Shown: positions 1-13,878, counted from the whole stretch's first letter. The stretch is DNA of 61,676 nucleotides, filler included, from Sluysia triapertura (GCA_046118255.1; 4 parts of 4 records of this genome joined end to end with filler, not necessarily neighbours in it), one strand, 5' to 3'. A program made the numbers and translations. The notes: a model not told the origin generated them from the letters alone.

Positions 1-27
1 ATATATTGAAAATGAAATTGTTAGACG

Positions 28-97
28 GGGCTGATAGCTCAGTGGTAGAGCATCGACTGCGCAGACGATGGTCCCGGTTCGATCCCCGGTCAGTCCA
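28..97 (+). tRNA. tRNA gene or pseudogene with Ala-type acceptor arm and aberrant, Cys-like anticodon arm
   Basis: Acceptor stem GGGCTGA(28-34)/TCAGTCC(90-96) and discriminator A97. D arm GCTC-AGTGGTA-GAGC. T arm CCCGG-TTCGATC-CCCGG has one C-C mismatch. A box TAGCTCAGTGG and B box GGTTCGATCC are intact, and TTTT follows directly. The anticodon arm ATCGA-CTGCGCAGA-CGAT does not form a canonical 5-bp stem/7-nt loop. Confidence 0.8.
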
Positions 98-899
98 TTT
101 TACGAAGTCTAACAGAAGGAAGAATCGCAAAATACAATGAATAATAGAGAAGTTTATGCAATCATTTCATTTTTGAAGAGTGTATTACGTCTCCTCCAAC
201 AAGCATTTTATTTCTTATTTCAACAATACCGTACTATGTTTAAGAATCTTTAAGATTATTTTTAAAATAAATTTCAAAAGAAAAGAATTTATGCGTTTTT
301 AAATCTTTTTATTTTCNNNNNNNNNNNNNNNNNNNNNNNNNNNNNNNNNNNNNNNNNNNNNNNNNNNNNNNNNNNNNNNNNNNNNNNNNNNNNNNNNNNN
401 NNNNNNNNNNNNNNNNNNNNNNNNNNNNNNNNNNNNNNNNNNNNNNNNNNNNNNNNNNNNNNNNNNNNNNNNNNNNTAGTAGTACATCTTTCTCATTATC
501 ATTATCAATTTTCATCATCATTTTGACCATTATTTAACTAAAGGCGCTCAATTATATCAACTGTCATTCTAGACATACTGGAATTACTCGGAAACAAAAT
601 TTGTTACGGTACTGCTGTCAATAAATGTTAAATACACCTTTCATTGGTTAGCCAATAAAACATTTTTAAAAACCACAATTATTAGTACAACCATTTTTTA
701 ATCCTAATTAGAGTAACCTCATAAATAATTATAAATCTTGTTTTTTTAGTATATAATAGAATGAAATTAATTTAAAGTTAACAATGATGAATTCGTATTA
801 TGTGAATATATTAGAAAATATATTTTTTCAAGCACTTAGAAGAAATGAAGAAACAAGTACACAGTAGTTGCACCTCATGAAATTTCATTTAAAAACGCT

Positions 900-3300
900 T
901 ATAATGAATCTGATTATTTTAGTCACCTACTTGTACCTACATGCGTAGAAGAAATTGTAGATGATACCATGTCAAGTGAAAAGGAAACGCAGTTTAAAAT
1001 TATGATGAATCATAAAGCTGTATTAAAAGGAACAGTGATGTTCATAACTTCTGAAGCTGATCATAATAAAAGACAGATCGAATTATTTATAGCTATAAAA
1101 AATACGACATAAGAGACTGCCATAAAGAAGCACGAGATACCAATAATATAGGATAAAAATCCCTATAGGATTCCCATTGCAATTAAAAAGAAATGCAGAA
1201 TCAAATAGATACAATGAAGAAGGCAGGTGTGATAAGACCTAGCTTTTCTCCTTTTTCTTCACCTATTAGTTAAAAGGAAAGACGGTTCCACGAGATTCTG
1301 CATAGACTTTTGATAACCAGAAAAGTTATTTTTCCCTTTCCTAGAAATGTTGGACAATTTAGGAAATGCCAATTACTTTACAACTCTCGATTGGCAAAGC
1401 GGATATTGACAGAAAAAGATCTCAGAAAAGGATAATAACAAAACAACATTTATTTGTGGCGATGAATAATACGGATGTGATAAAATGTCATTCGGATTAA
1501 CAGAAGCTCCAGCAATTTTCCAACAATGCATGAATTTTGTCCTCTCCGGATGTAAAAATGTTATGGTACACATAGATGATACAATAATTTTCTGTAAAGA
1601 TTTTGATACACAATTAAAAGATATTGATAATATATTAAAAAAACTTGAAGTAGCAAGATTGAAGATAAAACATACGAAATGTGTATGGGAGAAGAAGAAG
1701 TGGAATTTTTAGGACACATAATATCAAAAGGTGGAATCAAACCCAATCCAAAAAAGTGGTTAAATTTCCTCAGACAGATAATGTTAAGAAAGTACAAAGT
1801 TTTTTAGGATTGACAAACTATTATAGAATATTTGTCAAAAACATTGCCAAAATAGTACAATCCTTAAAACAATAAACAAAAAGGATGTTGAATTTAAATG
1901 GACTGAAGCTCAAACAAATACATTTAATCACCTTAAAGAAAGATTAACTACTACACCAATATTGATTTTCCGGATGTTTGTAAACCTTTCATTCGAACAA
2001 TAGATGCTAGCAATTATGATGTCGGACAATTCTACGAAAAAAAGATAAGAATAATCTAAAAGCAGTTATTGCCTACTCTAATAGCCGTTTAAATAAAGCC
2101 GAGATGAATTACTTTACAATTGAAATGGTGTGTTTAGCTATTATTTATGCTTGGAAATTATTTAGGAATTATTTATTAAGAAAAAATATATCCATACACT
2201 GATCATACTTACATAACCACAGAGATGAAGTGGGTAGATTAAATAGATGGTTCAATAGGTTATCGGAATTTGACTTAGAAATTATTTATAAACCTGGTAT
2301 TTAAGATAACAGCGCCGTTTGTATGTCCAAACTGACCAACATAGACGAAGAATGCAAAACTCGAAGACATAAAAGCACTTATAAAACATTAAAGGGAAGA
2401 TATTATAAATACATTTGCAAAAGGAACTTTAAACGAAAATCAATCGAAAAGACAGAATTTTACTATCCCAAAGATGAATAGAAAAAATAGTCATACAATC
2501 TTTAATTACACATAAATTAATATACTTCCATGATGGGCAAATAGGTGGACAGCTCCCTAGAAGGAAAACATTATCTCGAATAAAAGATAAATGTCATTGG
2601 GAATATATGGAAAACGATGTCAGAAAATTGTTTAAAAATTTTACACAGAAGAAAATTGTATAACACAAAAGTAAAAGCAAAAGTATAATTAAAGCCTATG
2701 CCTGTACCATTGTCACTAATGAGTTCATGGAAATTGACATTACCCGAAACAATTAGTGGAAATAAATGTGTTATTTTTTGCGGATTACCTGACAAAGTGG
2801 CCAGAGGTATATCCGATGCCAAATCAAAAGCCCGAAACAGTCATACGAATTTTAATAGAAAATATTATTTATCGTTACGGTAGCCCTAGAAAATTTCTTA
2901 CGGATCAAGGTACTAATTTCACTAGCAACGTAATAAAGTTAATTGCAAAAATTTCAATATATTATGGATCAACACTCGCCGTACCATCCTGAAACCGATG
3001 GACTAGAGGAAATTTTCAATAGGACGTCAAAACGATTTGGATCTACATATTGTTCCGTGTTTATTTGATTACCGAAATCTAACTACGAATTTTCCGCCAT
3101 TTTATTAATTTACGGAAGATATTCGAATATGCCAGTGGATTTAGAATGGAGACACCTGAATACGTAACAATAATGAGACAAAATTTACGAGACGCATGGA
3201 AAATATTCTCAGATAAAATATTTTCAGGAATCTTATGATAAAACGACTAAAGAACACAATTTTCAGATTGGAGACAAGGTATTGATAGAATACCAGGTCA
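900..3300 (+). mobile_element. Decayed Ty3/gypsy LTR-retrotransposon pol (RT, RNase H, integrase)
   Basis: Motifs in gypsy order across frameshifts and stops. RT: PYRIP, GVIRPSFSPFSSP, KDGSTRFCIDF, YFTTLDWQSGY, MSFGLTEAPAIFQ, VHIDD, KVQSFLGLTNYYRIF. RNase H: DASNY, HTDH. Integrase: ADYLTKWPEVYP, TDQGTNFTS, YHPETDG, FNRT, then FQIGDKVL. Confidence 0.92.
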
Positions 3301-4549
3301 CTTTTGACACGTAGTTTAAGTAACTGTTTATATAATTTAACATCCTGATAGGACGCCATTTTTATAGAAATAAGTCGTGAATTTGACCTCTAGGTATTTT
3401 TTAAGTAATTCAATATAAAAAATATTGCACTCGTATATCTTTAGGAGCCAGTATATATACTCAATTTTTCGAAATTAACCTGACTAACTTTACAATTCAA
3501 TGTTGTCTACTAAAAGTGGTGTTTAAATCAGTCTTCTATTGGTAAGTATGCCTTTTACTGGACCATAGTTTGTCACATTCTTTTTGAATATGGAATTTTA
3601 ATATGGACTGAAACAAACTTCAAAAATTATTTTAGTGCAGAACCACAAAATTAATGCGAAAGTTTTACTTTTTACGAATCACCTTTCCAATATTAATTTT
3701 CCGTTATTCCAATGTAACTGTCGATATTATTAACCCTTTAAGAAACCATACTTTTATTATAGACTGCTATTTAATTAACAGCATTCATTATGTATTTATG
3801 ATATCCATTTGAAACAGTCGATTTTATTCGCTACGGACAGAATGGTTACGGAAGTGCACAATGCAACTGAGTTTTGACCATATAGCAGAATGTACGACAT
3901 AAGGATACCATTTAATTTTTATTAAATTAATTTGTATTAATTTAATTTTAGATTCAAATATGACAGACAATAAGCCGAATAGGATACTATATATCATAAC
4001 TCTTAAGAATCCTAACAATTTTATCATTTGGTTATTATAATAGTCATTTTTCCAATTGCATTTTTTAAATTATTGATCTAACTTGTTTCTTTGTTTGACT
4101 TCAAATTTGTATTGACCGAGAATTAAATACTAGGGCTCTCATTAGGCAGTTAAGTGCTGTAATAACTGACATTTCGTACTAGTGTATAATTTGTTTTCAG
4201 AATACTCAACTTTATAACTTTTAATTGTCGCTTTTTCAATGTGTTGACCAAAAAAAAGAATATCATGCTAATAGTGTGAAGATATTTTTTAACAAGAATA
4301 CTATAAAAATTTAACTAAATTGTGATTGCAGATAAATATAAAAACTAAAAAAATTATTAACTAATACACTAAAATAGCAATATCAATAATAAATATGGAA
4401 TAAATGTTGTTTTCTTACATTTACTTTAATATATTATTTCTGTTTATTTTTAAATATATAGTGTAATTTTTTGTTACATATTATCATTAATATTTTATTT
4501 ATTACGAAAAGGTTCATTAACATTAACACATCTTTATAAATACTAAATA

Positions 4550-4850
4550 ATTGGCGTTATTTCTGCTTCTTAATATGAATAAAAGTGGTGTTCATGAAGA
4601 GTACGTTCGTTATGATGAAACTGTTTTTGTATAATGTGAAATATACTTATGGCAAAAATATCAAAATTGATTTTATATTATTTACATATGGCAACTTATA
4701 TGTACGAAGTGCAAATTAGTGTGTTACTAGAAAATAAAATTTATGACAATATACTTCATTATGCTTCAAAATCAATAATGAATTATATAGTACATGCTTC
4801 CATGCTCTTCTGATTTAAATATAATAGAAACACTGGGAAATAAAATTCAC
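4550..4850 (+). mobile_element. Highly decayed Tc1/mariner DDE transposase fragment
   Basis: Pieces translate to GVISAS, YDNILHYASKSIMNY and PCSSDLNIIE, which resemble the QDNAPxH and PxSPDLNPIE motifs. Confidence 0.45.
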
Positions 4851-6699
4851 CAAGAAAGAAGAAGTAGAAGAGCTTATAAATGTTTCAGTAATACAAAATT
4901 TTTGAAACTTCTAAATCAAAAAAACAACATAAAATGATAAATACGTGTTTCACGATTTCTTTAATAGTATGTTTTGTCGATTTGTGATGTATGTTTTTTG
5001 GAGAATAAGGAAGTAATGTTGAAAATTTATATTTGTTGCATTTGTTATCAGCACAACAATCTTCATGTCTATCTGATGTTTCAAAATTAGAAGAAGAAGA
5101 TTTTTATGATGTAGTCATGTTGTGTGAAAAAGTATGAGAAATAGCAGATAAAGTTAGAGTATTATTATTCTGCGGCAAAATGAGGAATCCCTAGATATGA
5201 TAATCATAAAGATACTTTGCTAACTATCGGCATGTCACCCTTAGGGGAAAGGATATAATAATTTCATCACTTTCCTAGTTTCAGAAATCGGGTTCAGCGA
5301 AGTTTGCGCTATTAAATTGGTATTTGAGTGTTTGCGAAAACTGGGGCAGAATCTTTGCTTCGAATATTGCAATTTGTGAACCTTACTTTAAATCTACAAA
5401 ACAAACGAAAGGCATATTTATATAGGATTTTAAGGCATATTAATGGATGATTATAAGTACACAGCTTTTATCTTATTAATTAATACCTATATGCAAAATT
5501 GTTTTAGCGCACGAGTTCAGCTACAGTATAAGAAAAGGACTTATAAGATTTCGAGAACAAGCAAATGCGGAGAAACTTCCTAGTTCTTAATGATCAGAAG
5601 ATGCTAATTATATCTTTCAAGAACAAAAGGTTTACCACTATTAATATTAAAGTAAAATCAAATTATTAACCCTTAAAATGTTCGTAAACCACTCGTAATT
5701 TTATCAATTAAAAACTTCTTTGTTTTAATCTTTTTACTCAAAAAATATTTCCAAAAACAAAACAAATACTAAGCGTAATGGAAGCTTTGTTACAAACGGT
5801 AAATTTACAACGTCAAAACCAATAATAATAATAATTATTATTATAATTGTTTATTGTTCCTAATGCGTTTTGAAATGAAAATTTTGATAATTATTTTATT
5901 ATTGGCTTAAGTCAGCGTATAGATTTTACCTGCAGTTTATCCCGTACTTAAGTAATAAAATCTTATCAAATATAAACTTACAAGTTTGGTACACAAGTAA
6001 TGAAAATGGAAAGAACCAGGAATTCTCGAGACTTGAATGGATAATAATGGAAATGATTCTAAGACATGGTTGCAAGAAATAGTAATTGTTGAATTAATTA
6101 TCAAATCTACCACTTGCAAGACTAATTGTGCCAAGTAATTGTCAAATTGATTAAGAATCGATCATTGTATACCAGATTGAAAAATCTCAAATTAAATGAA
6201 TAATCATTGAAATCCAATAATGACAAGTTGCTCCATGGTAAACAAACTCGAAATCATTTTATAACCTTTTTTGAAAAATGCGCTTATTTATATTATTTTT
6301 GTTGAAAATCCATTAGTCGAGAACATATTAAAAATCCACTTACATGAAAACATATCAATTAAAAATGCATTAATTTTCATCAAAAAACCAATAATAAAAC
6401 TGAACATTATATACTAAATTTGATATCATTATATCAAAAACAAACATTTTTATTAAGTTATCAAATTAAATAATTTTTAATTAAGTTAATTAACAAATGT
6501 ACTTTAACACTTCAACAAACAAAACCTTATAAAAGGTTATTTCTTTGTATCTCTCATTGTCTTATCTTGATTCGAGTATCTCATATGATTATATTATATC
6601 AAGTATATCATTACAATTCATTATAATCCCCTATTTCAATTCCTCAATATCGTTTACCTTATCTGTTATCCTGAATATTGAACCTTTATATCTACCTTT

Positions 6700-6930
6700 A
6701 CTAATCCCAACAAATGGATAAAAGTTATACTTCTGCTCATCATCTCGAAACTGATGGTTTGATTGAAAGGTTCAATAGAACATTAATCCAAATGTTGACA
6801 GCATTCACAAATGATTATCAAAACAATTGCACCATGTTTATATACTTATAGAAATGTAATTCATGATGCAACTATAAAAACTCTTTTTATCTAATGTATT
6901 TACGAGAATCACGATTACCAGTAACCACTG
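6700..6930 (+). mobile_element. Gypsy integrase core fragment
   Basis: Translates to QMDKSYTSAHHLETDGLIERFNRTLIQMLTAFTNDYQNN, matching the TxxYHPQTDGxxERFNRTL motif. Confidence 0.8.
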
Positions 6931-9051
6931 TAGTAAGAATCGACTGTTACGAATTCCGTATTTGTTAAAAATTTTTGTTGAGTGTTTTATGTGAAAATGC
7001 GTAACTACTTATATTTGTTTTAGATTGATCTTGGCAACCTTTTTTTTCCAAAATTTTAAATTTAAATATTAAATTCAAACAAAAATATTAAATTAAATAT
7101 AATATTCATATTTAAAAACAAATATTAAATTAAAAATATTAAATATTACCTATATTTAAGATTTGTATTATTTCCAAAATTAAATAATAGAATAACAATC
7201 GATAATGACAATTCCAAAAATTAACAATTATTATATTCAAAATCAATAATAATAATATAAGTCAAAATAAAAATCAATGATCATGAATGTATGTAAAAAT
7301 CAATAATCATCACATAAATTATAAAGTCACAATGTTATCTACTATATCAATGATCATGAAGGTCGCATAAATCATAAAGTTAATGTTATTTAAACTATAA
7401 GTTAATGTTATATAAACTATCACAACTTTTACTTATTAAAACTAAGTTTTATTAACTATTAACTAAGCAACTTTCACAATACTTTTATCTTACCATTATA
7501 ATTCATCAAAATACCCTATCTTAATTCTTCAATGACGTACACCTTATTCTGTTTTCCTGACTCTTATATCTACCTTTATCTTTCACTAATCTCAACAGTA
7601 TTTTCAAAATTTCTGAGAACAACACTTCTAATTCTCCCAGTGATGTTTTCCGAACTCCTCTTTTAAATCGTTTCATAAGATTTGACTGCGTTTCAATTGC
7701 CTTTTTATTCATATGCCATTTCCTAAATATTGAATTGCAATATTCACAGCGATCCTTTGTCCAAAGTGTTTCACCGCTTTATATAAACTATTTTAATAAT
7801 ATTAAGATTAATGAAAGGTATAACAATGACAATCAGTATTTTTCTAATGACTCTCGACGTAGAGATAATGATCATAATTATTGCATGTTAAATAGACGAA
7901 AATTTACTCGTACAGCTGCTGCATCCAGCTCTTACTGATATTAATAGTATCTGCTTATTGCGTGATTGTACTACAGATGCACTCATTCTGTTCACGAGTT
8001 GAAGAGCAGCAAAGAAAATCAAGCAACTTTCCACTTACACTTGTAACGAATTACAACTGAATAATATTGCAGTTGTTTCCAGCATTTGAGGCGGCAGTAG
8101 TTTATTAGACAACAACGTTAAGGTAAATAATATTTACTTCTATTCATTATTATTTTTTATTAATAGGTGAAAGAAGTATCATACATAGCAGTCAAATATC
8201 AAATTAAAATTTTTCAAAAATCTTTACGTTTTCATTTTCAATTTTCGTATAAGGAAGATATTACAACTAGTTTAGAACTAAAAAATTTGAACGAAGAATT
8301 TTTAATAAAAGTTAATTTTAAATTTTATAAAGTTACAAATAATTTAAATTAAAACTTTAAAAATTACTATAATCAATCAATCATAATCATCATCAACCAT
8401 CCACAACAAATTTAATAAGAACATAACTAGTTAATCTTTTATCAGATTTCAACTTAAAAATCTAACAATTATAAATTTATTCTTAACGGGTTCGCCTATA
8501 ATTTAAGATTTATTTCCAACGGAAGACTTAATTATAGGTAATTAGAAGTTTTTTACGAAAAGTATTCCTTATGTCTTAGATAGAGGGTCTTTAATTATGC
8601 TTACGAAATTCAATGTGAACCTTTAAAAATAAATTCTTAACTTAACTCAATTAGTTTCTTTTAATAAATAACAAACAAATGATACGTGTAGTATCCTATG
8701 AAATTTTATTATCAAATGGTAAAAAATTAGACTAAGTATACAAATAATCCAAGAATATTATAACACAAAAAATTAAAGCAATAATAATAATAATAATTTA
8801 ATCGAATTTAGGATTTCTCCTAATTTTCAAATTGATAATTTTAAAATAGATTTTAACTCAGGTATAATACTTGAGTGTAAAGTTTGTGTGATTTTAAGTG
8901 TAGTTTAACACAACTATTTTTGTGATAACTTAAAATAAATAGCTTACGAAATCTCCACTGAATATATTCTCAAGTGTTTTCCAAAAATGGATCGGAATTT
9001 TATCCACAACAATCCAAGCGGACCAGTACCAAGTAATAATACCAATTGAAT

Positions 9052-9226
9052 AATATTCTCCACGAAAATCTTTGAATACCAACAACAATATTCTCCACGA
9101 ATAACTTTGAATACTATTCTCCACGAATAACTTTGAATTCCAATAATAATATTCTCCACGAACAACTTTGAATATCAACAATAATGTTCTCCACGAATAT
9201 CTTTGAACTCCAACAAAAATATTCTT
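9052..9226. repeat. ~35-bp minisatellite, about 5 copies
   Basis: Units such as AATATTCTCCACGAAAATCTTTGAATACCAACAAC, AATATTCTCCACGAACAACTTTGAATATCAACAAT and AATGTTCTCCACGAATATCTTTGAACTCCAACAAA. One unit is shortened. Confidence 0.9.
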
Positions 9227-9993
9227 TACAAAAAACTTTTTAAATAAACTGTTATGTGTTTGTGTGAGATTTCTTAAGACTACTTATACTAATTTTTAAA
9301 AGATAATTTAAGATAATGTTTTAAATGTAGACATTAATTTTTTACAAATTTATTAATTTTTAGATATTAAGATAAAATTATAGACATTTTTTTACAAATT
9401 TGTTAATTTTTAAAGATTATTAATTTTTTTAAAGATTAATAGATTATTATTGAATAGATATTTTAATTTAAAGTAATTATTATCAAATTGTACTTTTTAA
9501 TTAAATAGACTTATAAAGTAATTATTATCAATTTGTACTTTTTAATTAAATAAAATAACGTTTTTATCTAATTATAATACATGAAATATCTAATTATTTT
9601 TTAGCTTATAATATATTATAACATGAAATTTAATATCTACAGCTAGTTCAATTTTTATATCAATATGTTCATTGTTTTTGCGATTTTTATAAATTTTATG
9701 GCGTATTCCTAGTTAATACAGTATTTTTTAAATGTTTTGACTGTCCTTAAATGTTTTGTGAAATATAAAACAGTCCTTAAGACTCAAATTTGTAAATATT
9801 TTGTACTATTAAAAGAATTTTGTAAAATTATATTAAATGGTAATAATTTGTTTAATTTTCAATTAAATTTTAAATGTAATAATTTTAATTTAATAAAATT
9901 GTTATCCAACTTCAAAAATTAATAATATAGTTGTAAATAATTAACACAAATTAATTCCATAATTTTTAATTTTTTAAAAAAATAGAGTAAATG

Positions 9994-10860
9994 CGTTGTG
10001 ATTGTCCAACTGTGGATTAGAAGATGTGTGAGAAACACAGAACCATAGAATGAAGGGAAAACTGATGCGAATTGATGGATTGTCGGAATAAGAATCACGA
10101 AAGTAAAAACATCTATAATAATGGTAACAGCTGAAATATACGTTAGAGTTCCAAAGATCTATATAAGGTGCTGAGACATTAAGAAAGCTCGAAATGGACT
10201 TGAAAAACCTTTGAAGGTATTAGAGAACCTTTGTGCGTGTGAACATTGAGATCATCTGAGGCTTTATTAATCTTTAAGCATTCTTGAACCCTTGATAAGC
10301 ATCTAAGATCTTCAAGTAATATTATAAAGTGTATAGAATCTTTAAAATATCTGAGAAATAAAATCATTGTTCAAAATAATAAAGATAAGTTTAGTATACT
10401 AATAATTAACACGAAGAAGTAGAAAAAGGAATCAGAGAGGTGAAGGTGAAAACATCAGAGCCTCCTGAATACCTCATAAACTACTAAGTGATTTTGAAAC
10501 CTAAATAAAATCTTTAAACATAAAATAAAATTAAGTTTAAAAATAAGTTAATTAATTAAAATCTTAATTAACTTAATTAAGAAAAACTACGTTTTCGTGA
10601 ATAACTTTTGACTGCGGAATGCTATGTTGAATGTGAAATTGTGTATGTATTTGTTTTGAAAAGACCTTTCGATGAAGGTATGGTTTGACCGAGTTCATGC
10701 AAGGAAAGCCTTAATATTGAGCAAGGTCAAATTTTAATTAATTTTTAATTATGGAATGTTGAATTTTTTATACTTAGAGTGATGCAATGTGATGAATGGA
10801 AGGAGAATCTATAAGTGAGTTCGAAATGTTGTAGTTATGTTTATTGATTATAAAAATATC
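9994..10860 (+). mobile_element. Family A LTR-like dispersed repeat, 5' part
   Basis: Starts CGTTGTGATTGTCC (other copies TGTTGGGATTGTC). TATA-like CTATATAAGG near 10160. Shares GTAGAAAAAGGAATCAGAG..GTGAAGGTGAAAACATC and GAATAACTTTTGA.TGCGGAATGCTATGTT blocks with other copies. Confidence 0.7.
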
Positions 10861-11577
10861 GAAACATATTGGTTGCTTAATATTAGCTCTGTAGTTTCCA
10901 AAAAAGAATTTCATTAGTTTAATTCGATGAGATTTATTAAATTGTCAAGTCACGTTCCAATAATATATCAAGGTTATATAATAACAAATTAAACATTTTT
11001 TCTAATAATTAATCAATTTAAAAGAAAAGTTCCTTTATCCAAATTTTGTTAACTAAAAAAAACATTTTATTACATAATGTTATTGCATAATAATTCAATG
11101 ATAAAAATTTTGTTAAAAAACAAATTTTTAATGGTTTAATATAATATTTAATTATAAATTTTTAGTGCATTACAATTTTTTGTTAAAATTTTTATGTTTG
11201 CCATAAAATATTTCTGAATACTAGTTATTATTACTGACGTGTTTGTTATTATTAGTTATTTTTTAATCACAAATTAAATACAAGTGTATATCTTACACAA
11301 TCATCTAACAAAATAAAATGCTCATAATTCAGACATGGCACAACCCACATTTAACATCTACTAAACATGGATAAATTAACCACAACAATAATAAAAAGAT
11401 CACTAAAAACGCAAAGCATCAATCACAATGATTACCAAATTGTTATCTTACTAATTTATTCTGCTACTTATTTAACAAAAATTCGATCGCCTATGTAGTA
11501 GTTAGATAATTGCTGAGTAGAAAAATTGAAAGTCGAAGTAATTAATTTGTGTAATTACTTATTCTTTTGAGTCGGTT

Positions 11578-12105
11578 TGTTGGGATTGTCTAAGTTATGT
11601 ATAGAATTTAAAAAAATATATAAGAAAAAATTATATAAAATAGTTGAAATATGACCATATAAACGTAATTAGTGAGTAGTGAAATATTTATAATAATTTT
11701 GAAACCGAAGAATACCTTGGCGTTCGAAAGACCTTTATAGGGTATTGAGACCCTTGTGAAGACTTAAGTAAGGTTTGGAAAAATGTCTTGAGGTATGAAG
11801 ATGCCTTTGAACCTCGGAACCTTTGGATCGTTTTAGACCTTGTTGAATGATCTTGTTGATCTTCCGGAATCCTTGAAGACACTTAAGATCTTAATAAACT
11901 TTTGAGACCTTCGAGTAACCTTGTAAAAAGTTTGGAACCTTTGAAATGTTCAAAGATCAAAATTATGGTTAATGATATTAAAGACAAATCTAATATATTA
12001 ATAATTAAACTAAAAAAAGTAGAAAAAGGAATCAGAGTGGTGAAGGTGAAAACATCTAGAGCCTCCTGAGTGCCTTATAAAGTATCTAACAACTTTATAA
12101 CCATG
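11578..12105 (+). mobile_element. Family A LTR-like repeat, 5' part
   Basis: Begins TGTTGGGATTGTC. Collinear with 32136-32640 through the ACCTT-rich block and GGAATCAGAGTGGTGAAGGTGAAAACATCTAGAGCCTCCTG. Confidence 0.75.
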
Positions 12106-12204
12106 AAAAAACAAATTCTTTTAGTGAGAAGTATTTCAATTTTTTAAAATTACACAATATCCATTAGTTAATAATTAAATGGATTTTTCTGTTTATTTAT
12201 CACA

Positions 12205-12266
<62 letters not shown>
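12205..12266. repeat. (TAT/AAT)n microsatellite. Similar tracts near 14932-14994, 20731-20790, 33053-33105, 40250-40303, 40921-40966 and 42243-42292; (TA)n near 20002-20040.
   Basis: Directly visible perfect repeats. Confidence 0.95.
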
Positions 12267-12267
<1 letters not shown>

Positions 12268-12683
12268 AAAACATTTGTATAGAATAAAGTAAAACATAAA
12301 AGTGTGTACAACTCAACAATTTTAATTAATTAAATTAATATTAAATAGTTTGCAAATGAGAAAGCACCACAGATAACGTAGATACCTTAAATAATTAATT
12401 TTCTTCATAAAGTTAAATTGCTGCGTTATGATGATCATACATAGTAAAAGTATATATTAAATTAATGCTCAGGAGATTATTTTATGTATGTTATTAAAAT
12501 TGACTTGTGACATACCACTGATGTGCTGAGAATTGCATCAAAAATTATTATTTGAAATAAGTCTTATATTTGATTAGATTTATATTCAATTTAAGTTGAT
12601 GCATTATTGAGTCACCGTACCTTCTTAACACATTTTAAATAATAATTTATAAATCTAACAATAATAATTATTATTTTTATTAT

Positions 12684-13878
12684 TGTCGCCTCTTTAAATA
12701 TTATTAGTTATGATAACTCAATATTATATCATGATTAGCTTAAAAATCTTAATAATTTAATTAGTCACTATATCAAATATAATTTTGCAGCAGTTCTTAA
12801 TATTAATAACTATAAAAAATATTAATAACTTAATATTAATAACTATTCCCTAAAAATTATACTTTTAAAAATTAAATAAAAAATAAGACAATAATTTACT
12901 ATTAAACAAAAATCAAATTAGAATTTATTGTTATTAGTATGACTCTCCACTAAAAAATACTAAAAATAACTAAAATGACAAAATCAACAGTAGCGTTTAT
13001 TATAATATTAAGAACACTGCAATCTAACTAAAAAGAACCAGGAGTACGCCACAAACACTAGCAATATCAATATTTAGAAAGTTAATAATAATTATGCTAC
13101 TTAAATATTTTTAGTTAACATAACCAAGAGTAATCACGATTATAATAAAATTTTTCGGCAGAGATCCTTTCTAAAATGTAACAGTAATATCTAAATTAGA
13201 AATATTTAGTGTTTCGATAAAATATATTGAGTAGGGTGTTTCCCACAAAACTACTTTAAAAATAGCTGAAAACAAAATGAAACAACTTACAATAAAAGTA
13301 TCACAATATTAACTTATTAAAATTATCTTCCCTTTAATAAAATCATAAATCAAGTTAAAATAAGATCAATTAATTACCTTATTTTAATTTTAAAATAATT
13401 AAATAACAAAATAAAAAATAAACAAGAACGTTACCCTATGCATGGATCTTCACTGGATAATTGCATGATTGTGTCATTGTTGATATTGTGTGTTAAAAAT
13501 TTAGAAATCTTTATTTTATATTCTCTCATCATCCAATCAATTCCCAATCTCACAACCAAACACTCTCACAAAAATCATCCAAACCTCTTTGAGAATCAGA
13601 TCGACAACAACTTTGACAATTACATGGTACGGTCTGTCAAACCTCATTAGGTACAAAAGATAGAAATCTGATTTATTATTAACCATCATTTCCTTTTACT
13701 CTACTAAATTCATTTTAACTTAATTACTTCTCACATTAAAATAATAATCAATAATACTATTAACATACATTAAAATAATGAATTTTATTTCACTTTTTAG
13801 GATTTAATTGATTTTCGATTTTTCACACCCAATTTTCTAATGAAAAATATTTTAAGGTTCTTATTCTCAAACGAACCA
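12684..13878 (-). mobile_element. Family A LTR-like repeat, 3' part, inverted
   Basis: Reverse complement aligns with ~29725-30680 (e.g. GGTTCGTTTGAGAATAAGAA, GAAAATTGGGTGTGAAAA, TGGGAATTGATTGGATGATGAGA). On its own strand it ends ...AAGAGGCGACA. The other end is cut by an assembly gap. Confidence 0.75.

Noticed and set aside
299-530. ORFs at 299-530
   Set aside because: They span an N gap.
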